From Bdellovibrionales bacterium (GTDB taxonomy: Bacteria > Bdellovibrionota > Bdellovibrionia > Bdellovibrionales > UBA1609), in the NCBI GenBank assembly GCA_965205945.1, contig CBDBIB010000001.1, positions 192,001 to 256,000 of the forward strand: DNA of 64,000 nucleotides, read 5' to 3'. This document shows positions 1-10,026 of this stretch, in pieces. The notes beneath the pieces were generated by a model, which was not told the DNA's origin, did no database searches, and saw only the letters and a list, made by a program, of their open reading frames with translations. Every line of letters begins with the position of its first letter. Positions within the stretch are counted from its first letter, which is position 1. The position numbers were made by a program, and so were the translations under genes.

Positions 1-1767
1 TCTTAACGAATAACCCCTAAGATTAGGCACTCTTTTATTTAATATACCCTTTAGATTTTCATTTTTTTTAAAAGAATTCCCTAACCCCATAGAAGCTAAA
101 TTTTTAATATTAGATTGATCAATCTTATCGGGAAAAATTTGATCCTTACCCAGCATAAATTCAACTAACTTAGCAAAAACAGGACCAGCTAAAGCTCCAC
201 CACTTCTTGGTTTTACAGGTTCATCAATCATTATCAGTGCAATATACTTAGGTTTTGAAAGTGGATACACTCCAACAAAACTAGACAACACCTCTTTTGT
301 ATAGCCACCATTAATTAAATCAGATTTTTGAGAAGTTCCAGTTTTCCCACCAACTAAATATCCTGGAACAATTGCCGTCTCACCTGTACCACCTAAAGAT
401 ATAACCGATGACAAAAAACCTCTTGCTAAAAACAATTCTTTCTTTGAATAAATTTTCTTAAAAGATTTTATTTTGTATTTCTTAATTTTTTGCCCCTCTC
501 TATATCCTTTTAAGTAATGAGGCTTTACAAGATGCCCCTCGTTAGCAACTGCACTATAGGCTCTTAAAACCTGTAACGGCGATAGTGAAATTCCATAACC
601 AAAAGAAATCGACGCTAAATGATGCTTGCCTGATAATTTTTTATGGAAAATAGGACTTGCCTCACCCGGAAAATCAACTCCTGTTTTTTTAGAAAACCCT
701 AAATTAATGTAATGCTTAACAAGTTCTTCTTCTCCTAACTTCATAGCTAATTCAGCAGAAACCGTATTTAAAGATTTTGAAAAAGCCTTTACTAAAGTTA
801 TCTTATCACAATCCTGCTTATGAGAATTTCTAATTCTTCGAGTTCCTATAAGATATCCATCATCTCCACAAGAAAATTTTTCTGACGGTTTTATATTTCT
901 AATACTTGCAGTTTTTGTAAAACTAAATACTTTTAATATAGATCCTGGCTCGTGTATTTCAGATATGGCAATATTATTAGAACTTTTTTTTCTGCCTTTT
1001 TTCTCTACCTGAACAGATGAAATAATTTCTCCTGTAATTGGAGACATAACAACAGCCCAAGCTCTTTTTGCATCAACTTGTTTAACCCTATCTTTTAAAA
1101 ATTTTTCTAAAAACACCTGTGTTTCCACATCAATGTTTAAAAAAATATCCTTTCCACTAATCTCTTTAAGCAAGTTCTCATTGGAAAAAAATAAAGGCCG
1201 TCCTTTTCCATCCTGAAGACTTTTAAATCTTAATGGCTTTCCTTTTAATAAATGATCATATTCAAGTTCAATGCCACTTAAACCATTCCCATCAATATCA
1301 GTCTTCCCCACTAAAAAACCTAAAGACTCCTCATTAAAATAAACTCTCTTATACTCCTCTAAAAAGCTTAGACCCTTAATATCAAGTTGTGCTATTTTTT
1401 TATACTCACTCTCTGAAATTTTTCTTTTAATCCAAACAAATCTATTGTTCTTAGATATTTTTGAGTACAGTTTTCTTCTATTTATATTTAAAATTTTAGA
1501 AACTCTATCCACTAACTTATCTTTTTGAACAATCATTTGTGGATCAACAAATATGGACCAAGAAGACACACTTGTTGCTAAAATATTTCCATTTCTATCA
1601 TAAATATTTCCTCTTTTTGAATGCAATTTAACTTTTAAAGCAAACTGTTTATTTATTTTAGCCTCTAATTTTTCATTAGGCATAACTTGTAATTGAAATA
1701 ATCTTATAACCAAGATCACCAAACTACAAAGCACTGAAAAATGTAATATAAATAATTTAACTTTCAT
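1..1767 (-). CDS. ftsI: Septal peptidoglycan transpeptidase FtsI/PBP3, 3' end outside window
   Basis: Manual translation from ATG at 1767 (MKVKLFILHFSVLC...KRGNIYDRNGNILA); motifs EPGSILK (SxxK), KSLN (SxN), GGKTGTSQK (KTG); lies after mraZ-rsmH-ftsL. Confidence 0.93.
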   Translation of the reverse strand, partial: MKVKLFILHFSVLCSLVILVIRLFQLQVMPNEKLEAKINKQFALKVKLHSKRGNIYDRNGNILATSVSSWSIFVDPQMIVQKDKLVDRVSKILNINRRKLYSKISKNNRFVWIKRKISESEYKKIAQLDIKGLSFLEEYKRVYFNEESLGFLVGKTDIDGNGLSGIELEYDHLLKGKPLRFKSLQDGKGRPLFFSNENLLKEISGKDIFLNIDVETQVFLEKFLKDRVKQVDAKRAWAVVMSPITGEIISSVQVEKKGRKKSSNNIAISEIHEPGSILKVFSFTKTASIRNIKPSEKFSCGDDGYLIGTRRIRNSHKQDCDKITLVKAFSKSLNTVSAELAMKLGEEELVKHYINLGFSKKTGVDFPGEASPIFHKKLSGKHHLASISFGYGISLSPLQVLRAYSAVANEGHLVKPHYLKGYREGQKIKKYKIKSFKKIYSKKELFLARGFLSSVISLGGTGETAIVPGYLVGGKTGTSQKSDLINGGYTKEVLSSFVGVYPLSKPKYIALIMIDEPVKPRSGGALAGPVFAKLVEFMLGKDQIFPDKIDQSNIKNLASMGLGNSFKKNENLKGILNKRVPNLRGYSLR

Positions 1768-1776
1768 TCTTAACCC

Positions 1777-2061
1777 CTACCTAGTGATCACTAAACCAGA
1801 CCTATTAATCATCACTAACTGTTCAGTCTTTGGCCTCTTTAAAGCAACCATTCCACTAGCTTTAAAAACCATTCTTTCTGGTCCAACTTTGTACTCATAG
1901 TTTGCTTCTAAAAGTTTTACTGCACTTTCCTGTTCTTTTAAAAATTGTGATTTTTTATATAAATCATATGAAATAATAGCCATCTTTGTTCTAAACTGTA
2001 AAATAACTCCTAAAGTTAAAAACACTAATACCACATTCGCAAGTTTTATTTTTTGACTCAT
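1777..2061 (-). CDS. ftsL: Probable cell division protein FtsL
   Basis: 94 aa, single TM followed by a coiled-coil-like segment; canonical position between rsmH and ftsI. Confidence 0.65.
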   Translation of the reverse strand: MSQKIKLANVVLVFLTLGVILQFRTKMAIISYDLYKKSQFLKEQESAVKLLEANYEYKVGPERMVFKASGMVALKRPKTEQLVMINRSGLVITR

Positions 2062-2070
2062 AACAACCCC

Positions 2071-2964
2071 TTAGTTTTTTTTAAACGCTCTAAGTTTTGC
2101 ACTTCTTGCACGCTTATTTTCTAATTCTTCCTCTTTTTTTGGTTTAATAACTTTTTTATTAATAGGTTTTCCCACTGTACTATTTTTAAAATACTGCTTA
2201 ACCATTCTATCTTCTAAGCTATGAAAACTAATAATCATAAAAACACCTCCATCTCTAAGTTTTTCTGTATAAAACTCAAGGGCTTCACCTAGTTTTTCTA
2301 ATTCAGCGTTAACATAAACCCTTAAAGCCTGAAAATATAATGTTGCTGGATGATGCCCTTTTTTCTTCCATCCACATTTTTTTTCAATCAAATTTGCAAG
2401 TTCTAATGTAGTTTCAAATTTTTTCTGAATCCTAAATTTTTCAATACCTTCTAATAATCTATCTGAAGCATAAACTTCCCCATATTTAAGAAAAATCATT
2501 CGTAAATCTTTAAGGGACTTTTCATTTATAATGTTTGCAGCTGTTTTACCAGTACTCTGATTCATTCTCATATCTAAAGGCCCATCATTATAAAAACTAA
2601 AACCTCTTTTTGCATTATCAAACTGAGGAGAGCTCACCCCTATATCAAAAAATACAAAATCTAAATCTTTTTTTAGTAAACCCTCAACCCTTTGCCTATC
2701 TGAAAAATTTGCATGAAGAAGTTGTAACCTCTTACTAAAAAGATAGTGTTTATATTTAGATTTTGCATGCTTAATCGCATCTATATCCTGATCAATACCT
2801 AAAACTTTAAAGTTTGGAAAAAACTCTAGAATTGCACTTGTATGCCCTCCTCTTCCAAAAGTTCCATCAACGCCAAAAATATTTTTTTTAATATCAAAAT
2901 TTTCTTTAAAAACTTTTAAAGTTTCTTTTAATAAAACAGGCTTATGCAACTGACTTAAGTTCAT
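2071..2964 (-). CDS. rsmH: 16S rRNA m4C1402 methyltransferase RsmH (MraW)
   Basis: HKPVLL, DGTFGRGGH, DIGVSSPQFD, GPLDMRM, SFHSLEDR, RARSAKLR motifs; start trimmed to ATG 2964. Confidence 0.97.
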   Translation of the reverse strand: MNLSQLHKPVLLKETLKVFKENFDIKKNIFGVDGTFGRGGHTSAILEFFPNFKVLGIDQDIDAIKHAKSKYKHYLFSKRLQLLHANFSDRQRVEGLLKKDLDFVFFDIGVSSPQFDNAKRGFSFYNDGPLDMRMNQSTGKTAANIINEKSLKDLRMIFLKYGEVYASDRLLEGIEKFRIQKKFETTLELANLIEKKCGWKKKGHHPATLYFQALRVYVNAELEKLGEALEFYTEKLRDGGVFMIISFHSLEDRMVKQYFKNSTVGKPINKKVIKPKKEEELENKRARSAKLRAFKKN

Positions 2965-3433
2965 ATTCTTTCTCCTGCTTAAGTTTAGTTTTATCAAAAC
3001 CATTAACCCAACCTTCAAGGCTCTCAAAATCATTTATAAAGTTATTTAAAACTTCTGCCCATGAATCAGCTGACCAAAGTTCAATCTTGTTTTCTAAATT
3101 TATAACAACAGCTTTTTTTGTAAGCTTAACTAATTCTCTTTGAAACCCTGGAATAATGATCCTATTTTGCTTATCAATACTAATCTTTGAACTCCCACTC
3201 AATAAAAACCTTTTATATGCTTTAAACCTTGGATCTTTTTGAGGAAAAACCTGAAGAGTGTTGATTTTTTCTTCCCACTCTTTAATCGTAAGAAGCTCTA
3301 GAAATGATTTTTTTGAAAAAACACCCACACTTAAAATAAGCTCATTAGAAAACAAACCTAAGGCTGAGGACGGCAGCGAAAACCTTCCCTTATCATCTAT
3401 CTTAATCTGTACTTGTCCTAACCAATTTTCCAC
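2942..3433 (-). CDS. mraZ: Division/cell wall cluster repressor MraZ
   Basis: Two SpoVT-AbrB repeats (IDDKGRFSLP, IDKQNRIIIP), KIELWS; first gene of dcw cluster. Confidence 0.93.
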   Translation of the reverse strand: MENWLGQVQIKIDDKGRFSLPSSALGLFSNELILSVGVFSKKSFLELLTIKEWEEKINTLQVFPQKDPRFKAYKRFLLSGSSKISIDKQNRIIIPGFQRELVKLTKKAVVINLENKIELWSADSWAEVLNNFINDFESLEGWVNGFDKTKLKQEKEYELKSVA

Positions 3434-3473
3434 TTTTTCCCACCATTCTCCCTTTATTTCCCTTCGGTTCCAT
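3428..3473 (-). promoter_or_regulatory. Probable MraZ operator: five 10-bp-periodic boxes
   Basis: Minus strand ATGGAA, AGGGAA, AGGGAG, GTGGGA, GTGGAA at exact 10-nt spacing directly upstream of and over the mraZ GTG. Confidence 0.75.
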
Positions 3474-3592
3474 TACAAAAAACCTAGAAAATAGGCTTTT
3501 TTTGTTTCTATTTGATACAAGACCAGCCTAAAGTCTCCCTAATTATTTAAATTAAGCAACTAATAAACGTATAATAGTAAAAGGAGTAAAAT

Positions 3593-4417
3593 TTGATCGT
3601 ATCATGTCCAAAATGTTTCTTAGAGCAACCACTTGATCACTATTGCGCTGGTTGTGGCAAAGAACTTAAAAAGCTCCTTCATGAAAAAAATAAAAATAGA
3701 TCTTTTAAAAGAAAAAAAAATCAATTTATACTCGCCTTTTTTTTCCTTACTTTTTTAAGTGCTTCATACCTTTACTACTCTAACCATAAAACTCAGACTA
3801 ATTTTCTTTCCCAAAACAGTAATGATCAAAAAACTCAAATAGAGCTTGCACTACCAAAAGATCTCATCGTAAGTAAAAAACCTGATTTAAAAAATTATGC
3901 CCTTAAAGATTTAAAAGAATCCAGAAAAACAAATCCTTTTAAAAAAAATATTCCTATTAAGCAAAATAAAACTAAAAAAATTAAAGACTTTTATTTTCTT
4001 TCTCTTGAACATTGTAACCACATACCATTAATTGGTGAACTTAACAGCAGTCAATATATAAAACTCATGAAATGTGCAATTGTACACTTTAAAACATCTA
4101 AAATGAAGACTGAAGAAATATTAGATGAAGCCCCTTCTTTTACCACCCAATTTTTAATAAATATAGAAAAACATCTTATTACACTTAATTTTATTTTAAC
4201 AACAGATCTTTATATTGAAGAGTTTAAGCATACCCTTGATTTAGATATTGAATCTGAATCTGCCGCCACAATTTGGGCAAACACCAAACACAATGTTGAA
4301 TCTATAGAATTTCCCTTAAAAGATATGCTTGAAAGTTATGCAACCTTAGCACTCTTTGATTTTTTAATTAAAGAAGAGCCTTTGCCAAAACTTTATTTTC
4401 TTGCCTCATATAAGTAA
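3593..4417 (+). CDS. Hypothetical membrane protein with N-terminal zinc ribbon
   Basis: CPKC...CAGC at N-terminus, then one TM helix; 274 aa. Confidence 0.7.
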   Translation: MIVSCPKCFLEQPLDHYCAGCGKELKKLLHEKNKNRSFKRKKNQFILAFFFLTFLSASYLYYSNHKTQTNFLSQNSNDQKTQIELALPKDLIVSKKPDLKNYALKDLKESRKTNPFKKNIPIKQNKTKKIKDFYFLSLEHCNHIPLIGELNSSQYIKLMKCAIVHFKTSKMKTEEILDEAPSFTTQFLINIEKHLITLNFILTTDLYIEEFKHTLDLDIESESAATIWANTKHNVESIEFPLKDMLESYATLALFDFLIKEEPLPKLYFLASYK

Positions 4418-4456
4418 AAGATTGCAGGCTACACCTGCATTAGATAGCCTTCTTAC

Positions 4457-5068
4457 ATGGATCCTTTTTCCCCTAAAATTAATAAAAATCATGGCCAGCT
4501 TAAAGTTATTACTGGATGTATGTTTAGTGGTAAAACCGAAGAACTTATTAAACTTGTAAAAAAAGCCCAACTTGCCCATAAAAAAATTCAAATATTTAAA
4601 CCTTATTTAGACAACAGATACAAGTTAGACTTTATAGTTTCCCATAGCAATTTAAAACTTCCTTGCAAAACCATTAAAGAATCCTCTGACATCTTAAAGC
4701 TTTTAAAAGCTGATACTGAATTTATTGCTATTGATGAAGTTCAATTTCTAGATCAAAATATTGTAGAAATAGCTTTAAGCCTTACCGCTTCTGGGAAACA
4801 TATTGTTTGTGCAGGTCTAGACATTAATTGGCAAGGAAAACCTTTTAATCCCATGCCTTTTTTACTAGCCTCTGCTGATATAATTACAAAACAATATGCT
4901 GTCTGTACTAAATGTGGAGCACCAGCCACTCGAACACAAAGAACTATTGATTCTGATCAAAATATTTTAATCGGCTCTAGAAAAATATATCAGGCAAGAT
5001 GTAGAATGCACTTTAATCCTTTTAGGTATATAAATAAAACCACTAAAATACCGGAGACAATTTTATGA
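4457..5068 (+). CDS. tdk: Thymidine kinase
   Basis: GCMFSGKTEEL P-loop, IDEVQF, AGLD, CTKC zinc site, YQARCRMH. Confidence 0.97.
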   Translation: MDPFSPKINKNHGQLKVITGCMFSGKTEELIKLVKKAQLAHKKIQIFKPYLDNRYKLDFIVSHSNLKLPCKTIKESSDILKLLKADTEFIAIDEVQFLDQNIVEIALSLTASGKHIVCAGLDINWQGKPFNPMPFLLASADIITKQYAVCTKCGAPATRTQRTIDSDQNILIGSRKIYQARCRMHFNPFRYINKTTKIPETIL

Positions 5069-5604
5069 TTGGTGATAAACTTACCACTTTAATTAACGAT
5101 TCAAAAATTAAAGCCTCTGTGGCAGCCCTAGGGGCAAAGCTTGGTAAAAATTTAAATTTTGATAAACCTCCTATTTTCATCTGCATTTTAAAAGGTGCTA
5201 GTTTTTTCTTTGCCGATTTAATTCGTGAATACCCCCACGATTGCAAAGTAGATTTTATAGGATGTTCTAGCTACAATGACTCTATAACTTCAAGTGGTGA
5301 AGTAAAAATCACCTATGATTTGTCTCTTTCAATCAAAGATGAAAACATCATCATCGTTGAAGATATTGTTGACACCGGCTACACTCTTAAATTTTTACAT
5401 AATTTTTTAAATATGAGAAATCCAAAATCTATTACAACAGTAACCTTACTTAATAAACCCAAAGCTTTGCAAACAAAAATCCAAGTTGATCACTCTTGTT
5501 TTGAAATTGGCAATGAGTTTGTTGTTGGCTACGGTCTTGATTTTAATAATTGCTACAGAAACCACCCTCACATTGCTGTATTGACAAATACAAATTTAAA
5601 CTAA
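5065..5604 (+). CDS. hpt: Hypoxanthine phosphoribosyltransferase
   Basis: ILKGA, IIVEDIVDTGYTL PRPP motif, FVVGYGLD. Confidence 0.96.
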   Translation: MIGDKLTTLINDSKIKASVAALGAKLGKNLNFDKPPIFICILKGASFFFADLIREYPHDCKVDFIGCSSYNDSITSSGEVKITYDLSLSIKDENIIIVEDIVDTGYTLKFLHNFLNMRNPKSITTVTLLNKPKALQTKIQVDHSCFEIGNEFVVGYGLDFNNCYRNHPHIAVLTNTNLN

Positions 5605-6995
5605 AGTTTTTCTAAAAAATTATCAAAAGTCTGACGAGCATCAAATTGCTTGCCTCTTAAACCATTATACATAAAAGTAAATGCGTACTCTTTATTTCCT
5701 TTTTTATAAAAACCTGACAATGTTGAAACACCTGCGAGTAAACCAGTTTTAGCTCTTACAAGACCTGGTATTTTACAAAGTCTATCTTTTAAAGTTCCAT
5801 CAACACAAGATATTGGAAAAGATGATAAAAGTTCTGGAAAATACACTTGATCCTGTGTTGCTAATATAAATTTAGTAAAATCACCTGGTGAGACCTGATT
5901 TTTTCTACTCAAACCTGAAGCACTCTTGTAAACAATACCTTTAGAAAAGGGCGATACTTTTTTAAAATTAGCTTTTAAAACACTCAACCCTCCCTCGTAT
6001 GAGCCAGAAGACTTTAAAACTTCACCATGGCAAACCTTTGTCAGCATATCTGCCATAAAATTATTAGAGTATTTCATCATCAGTTTAATCATTCTAGACA
6101 TAGAATCACTCTTAATTTTTCCTATTTCAAAAAGCCCCTCTGGAGCTTTTAACCACAATACTGTACCTGAAAACTTAATACCTGCATTTTTTAAAAATTC
6201 TTTAAATGCAGATTCAAAGTTTTTACGTGGTTTAAAAACTCTTCTATAAATAGATATTTCTTTATCTAAAGCATCTTTCCCATAAAAGGCTGACAATACT
6301 TCTTTATCTTTTAATTCTCGTGTCTCTACCTTACTTTTTTTTTTAAATAGTTTTTTAAGTCTAAGATCAAAATAAGAGTTTATTGGATCTGTAACAATAT
6401 TTAGCGTAGGTCCATCTAAAAACCTAATTCGTACAGAGTTCCAGTTTAGAGCAAGGCCTGATAAAATCGCGTTATAAGATCTTTGATTCGAATTTGTTCT
6501 ACCACCAATTAAAATTTCTTTATCAAAAATACTATCATCAAAAACTAAATCACCTTCAATTTTTTCAATACCCCATTTTTTGATTTCGTTTACCAATAGC
6601 CACATTTTTTCAGACACTAAAGTCGGATCTCCACCTCCTTGAATATAAAGATTTTCTTTTAAAATTTTTCCCCTTGGTTTTTTAATTGAAAAAATTCTTG
6701 TTTCAATTTTTTTTTCTCCCCCAAAGAATTCAAAAAGCCCCACACTTGTTAAAATTTTTGAAATAGAGGCCGGAATAAATCCCTTATTCTCATTATGTAC
6801 AAAAATAGGCTTCCATAAATTTGAAGAAATCTCTTTTTTATACATACTAATTCCAAATTTACTTAAATTTAATTTTTTTGAGGCCAAGGAAGATTTAAAA
6901 ATCTTTTCATAGTCCTTAGTGACAGCAAAAGCATTATTATTTAAGCTAAATAAAATGAAAAATAAAAAAATAATCCTGATCTTTATTATATCCAC
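5601..6995 (-). CDS. dacB: D-Ala-D-Ala carboxypeptidase/endopeptidase (PBP4, peptidase S13)
   Basis: PASISK (SxxK), GGGDPTL, YSNN (SxN), SGLSR, AKTG; signal peptide ending AFA; AGAGG RBS before GTG 6995. Confidence 0.93.
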   Translation of the reverse strand: MDIIKIRIIFLFFILFSLNNNAFAVTKDYEKIFKSSLASKKLNLSKFGISMYKKEISSNLWKPIFVHNENKGFIPASISKILTSVGLFEFFGGEKKIETRIFSIKKPRGKILKENLYIQGGGDPTLVSEKMWLLVNEIKKWGIEKIEGDLVFDDSIFDKEILIGGRTNSNQRSYNAILSGLALNWNSVRIRFLDGPTLNIVTDPINSYFDLRLKKLFKKKSKVETRELKDKEVLSAFYGKDALDKEISIYRRVFKPRKNFESAFKEFLKNAGIKFSGTVLWLKAPEGLFEIGKIKSDSMSRMIKLMMKYSNNFMADMLTKVCHGEVLKSSGSYEGGLSVLKANFKKVSPFSKGIVYKSASGLSRKNQVSPGDFTKFILATQDQVYFPELLSSFPISCVDGTLKDRLCKIPGLVRAKTGLLAGVSTLSGFYKKGNKEYAFTFMYNGLRGKQFDARQTFDNFLEKL

Positions 6996-8412
6996 TTTTT
7001 CCTCTTCTCTTAATGGTTGTAAACGTCAAAATTATACTCAAAGAGATTCAAATTTAATATCAATCGCACTAGGCTCTACACCTTCGTCCATAAACCCAGT
7101 AAAAGCCACCGATGCTACTGGAATGAGATTAGTCTCACTTATCTACCAAGGTCTTGTTCGTATCGGTCCTGATTTAAAACCTGCCAGCGATCTTGCTTAT
7201 AAATGGGAAACTAAAGGTAAAACTCATACCTTTCATATATCTTCTAAAAAAACTTTTTCAAATGGGAGTCCACTTGCTTGTCAAGATTTAAAACAAAGTA
7301 TCTTAAATTTTCAAGATCAACAATGTCCTTTTAATTCAGCTTTTAAAGATATTACAAATATTATCTGCAAAAAAAATAATAGTGATTTTATTCTCTCTTT
7401 TAAAACACCCACAGATCCAGAAAAATTTATCTTAGCAGATCTTCCCGTTCTTAAGATACAAAGAGGAACTTTAGGAACAGGTGCCTTTACTATTTCTAAA
7501 AATAAACCCACATACACCATTCTTAAAAAAAACCCTTTTTATTCAAACCCTCAAAAATATAATATCAAATTCTTCTACTTAAAAGATGACCTTGCTAGAT
7601 TTCTAAAAGTCTATAAAGGGGAAATAGATATAGCTCCAAACTCTATCCCTTTTGAAAAGGTTGCATCTTTTTTAAAAACTCCATTAATCATTTTAGAAAA
7701 ACCCTCTCTTTCTACAACTTATCTTCTAATTAACTTTAAAAATAACGCTCTTAAATCCCTAGCTGTTCGAAAAAAAATATATCAATCTTTAAATATACCG
7801 GAATTAGTTGCACACAGATTTAACAATCATGTTACATTAGCAAAATCCTTACTTTCTCCAGAACACCCCTATTACTCTACAAACTTAAACAATATTCACC
7901 ACACCAATAATAATCAAAGTTTATCTATTCCTACTCTGATTTTTAAGACTTCAAATTCCAGACAAACTAGAGAAACAGCAAAGATTATGATGCACACCCT
8001 TAAAACAAAAAAAATTAAGACCTCTTTACAAAGTTTTGAATGGGGAACGTTTTATAAAGATATTAAAAATGGTCGATTTGACATCGCACTTATGAAGTGG
8101 GTTGGTGTTGTAGATCCAGATCTTTACAACCTTGCCTTTAATAGCAATGAGTTTCCACCAGGACGAAATCGTGGGTACTATACGAACCTTAAATTAGACA
8201 AAATTCTTGATTTAGGACGTTTATCAAAAAATCAATTAGAACGTATTAAAACATACAAAACTGCCCAAGATATTGTCTTTAAAGACCTTGCCATCATCCC
8301 TCTTTGGCATGAGAACCAAATTCATATTGTCCATCCAAGAATTAAAAATTATAAATTAAACCCCATGGGAGATTTTACATCTTTTTTAAACCTTAGCATC
8401 GAGGCGAATTAA
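6955..8412 (+). CDS. Family 5 (peptide/nickel) ABC substrate-binding lipoprotein
   Basis: Lipobox-like LNGC, LIYQGLVR, GTGAF, NRGYYTN, DLAIIPLWH; start placed at ATG 6955. Confidence 0.88.
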   Translation: MKNKKIILIFIISTFSSSLNGCKRQNYTQRDSNLISIALGSTPSSINPVKATDATGMRLVSLIYQGLVRIGPDLKPASDLAYKWETKGKTHTFHISSKKTFSNGSPLACQDLKQSILNFQDQQCPFNSAFKDITNIICKKNNSDFILSFKTPTDPEKFILADLPVLKIQRGTLGTGAFTISKNKPTYTILKKNPFYSNPQKYNIKFFYLKDDLARFLKVYKGEIDIAPNSIPFEKVASFLKTPLIILEKPSLSTTYLLINFKNNALKSLAVRKKIYQSLNIPELVAHRFNNHVTLAKSLLSPEHPYYSTNLNNIHHTNNNQSLSIPTLIFKTSNSRQTRETAKIMMHTLKTKKIKTSLQSFEWGTFYKDIKNGRFDIALMKWVGVVDPDLYNLAFNSNEFPPGRNRGYYTNLKLDKILDLGRLSKNQLERIKTYKTAQDIVFKDLAIIPLWHENQIHIVHPRIKNYKLNPMGDFTSFLNLSIEAN

Positions 8413-8413
8413 A

Positions 8414-9073
8414 ATGTCTACTCTAAATTACGAGCTTTTTTTTAAACAAGTACCTGATAAAATTAAATATCTATTTAATCCTTCTCAATCCGTTTGGACA
8501 CTTTTAAATGGAGGTCTTAAAGAATTTTTTAATTCTCAAAGTGATAAGAATATCCTTCTTGGTAAAATTTCTCCTCAAGCATATCTTAAAGGAAGTAAAA
8601 TCTACATTTCAAAAAACGCAAGAATTGAGGCTGGAGCTTTCATTAAAGGACCTTGTTATATAGATGAAGGCTCTCAGATTAGACATGGAGCTTACCTTAG
8701 AGGAAATGTTTTTGTTAGTAAAAACTGTGTTGTTGGCCATTGCACTGAAGTAAAACATTCTGTTTTTTTAGATGGCGCTAAAGCTGGACATTTTAACTAT
8801 ATTGGCGACAGTATTTTAGGAAATAATATTAATCTTGGAGCTGGAACTAAACTTGCCAATCTTAAAATGACCTCAGGCTCTATAAAAGTAAAAACAGACT
8901 CAATCTGTATAGACACTGGACTTAAAAAGTTTGGAGCTATTTTAGGAGACAACACTAAAACCGGATGTAATTCAGTTTTAAACCCTGGATCCATCCTAGC
9001 TCCAAAGTCTTTTGTTTTTTCAAATGTTTCAGTTTACGGAGTACACTTAAAGCGCGTTAAACTAAAAAAATAA
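8414..9073 (+). CDS. Hexapeptide-repeat acetyltransferase (GlmU C-terminal-like)
   Basis: Left-handed beta-helix repeats, HFNYIGDSILG, NLGAGT, KFGAILGD. Confidence 0.85.
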   Translation: MSTLNYELFFKQVPDKIKYLFNPSQSVWTLLNGGLKEFFNSQSDKNILLGKISPQAYLKGSKIYISKNARIEAGAFIKGPCYIDEGSQIRHGAYLRGNVFVSKNCVVGHCTEVKHSVFLDGAKAGHFNYIGDSILGNNINLGAGTKLANLKMTSGSIKVKTDSICIDTGLKKFGAILGDNTKTGCNSVLNPGSILAPKSFVFSNVSVYGVHLKRVKLKK

Positions 9074-9102
9074 CTATATGTTAATAAATATAACAATTTA
9101 GT

Positions 9103-10026
9103 TTAAGAAAACTCGTTTCTTTTTCTTTGAAGACTTTTAAGTTTTAAAATATCTACCTTTAAAACTTGTGCAATATCTTCTAAATCTTTAAATTCATCAT
9201 TTTGTCTAAGCTTAAAATCATAGGAAGCCCCTTTTCTTATATCTACTATATATCTTTTAAAACCATGAACAGGCCCCACTGATCTATGAGATAAATGTCT
9301 TCCAATTAAAAACAAAGAAAAACTAAATAGTAATGATAAAATAGCAAAAACCACCACAAAGGGAATCAAATATCTAAAACTATTGTTTAAACCGTTAACG
9401 ATAAAATCATTAATCATCACCTTCATAAAAGTATAAGCGTAAACACCAAAAACAATAGAAAACCAAATACTTACTGAAGATAAAATAATAGAATATTTAA
9501 ATTGATATTTAGGATCAATCCAAAGCTTATTTCTTTTATTCTCTTCATGCCAAATCAAATGCCCTTTAAATAAAATCATATAAACAATAAATCCACAACC
9601 TAACCACTGAAGAGCATCTGCAACATTAAATGCTGGAGACAGTTTACCCTCACCCCCAATTACAATAAAATCAATAATAGAACCATATAAAATTCTATCT
9701 GTAACATTACCTAAAATTCCACCTAACAAAACACTTAATCCTACTCGAAGTTTCATTACATTATTTGGAAGAAAAAACTGAATTATTGCGTACATAAAAA
9801 CTAAAAATACACCACCAGTTGCTAATGAAACTACTCTTAAAAGCGGCGGTAAATCTGAAAACATCCCTAACATTGCGCCTGAGTTATGATGCATTACAAT
9901 TCCACCCCAAAAATACCAAATTGATCCAGAAAACGTAAATTTAATAGCCCACAGTTTTGTAAGTTGATCTAATCCCCAAACCAGAAATAAAGGCGCCACG
10001 GCATAAAACCATTCTCGTTTCTTCAT
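9103..10026 (-). CDS. lspA: Lipoprotein signal peptidase II with C-terminal 2-TM/HAMP-like extension
   Basis: DQLTK, NSGAMLG, GGILGNVTDR, IIDFI, FNVAD; about 150 extra C-terminal aa. Confidence 0.85.
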   Translation of the reverse strand: MKKREWFYAVAPLFLVWGLDQLTKLWAIKFTFSGSIWYFWGGIVMHHNSGAMLGMFSDLPPLLRVVSLATGGVFLVFMYAIIQFFLPNNVMKLRVGLSVLLGGILGNVTDRILYGSIIDFIVIGGEGKLSPAFNVADALQWLGCGFIVYMILFKGHLIWHEENKRNKLWIDPKYQFKYSIILSSVSIWFSIVFGVYAYTFMKVMINDFIVNGLNNSFRYLIPFVVVFAILSLLFSFSLFLIGRHLSHRSVGPVHGFKRYIVDIRKGASYDFKLRQNDEFKDLEDIAQVLKVDILKLKSLQRKRNEFS

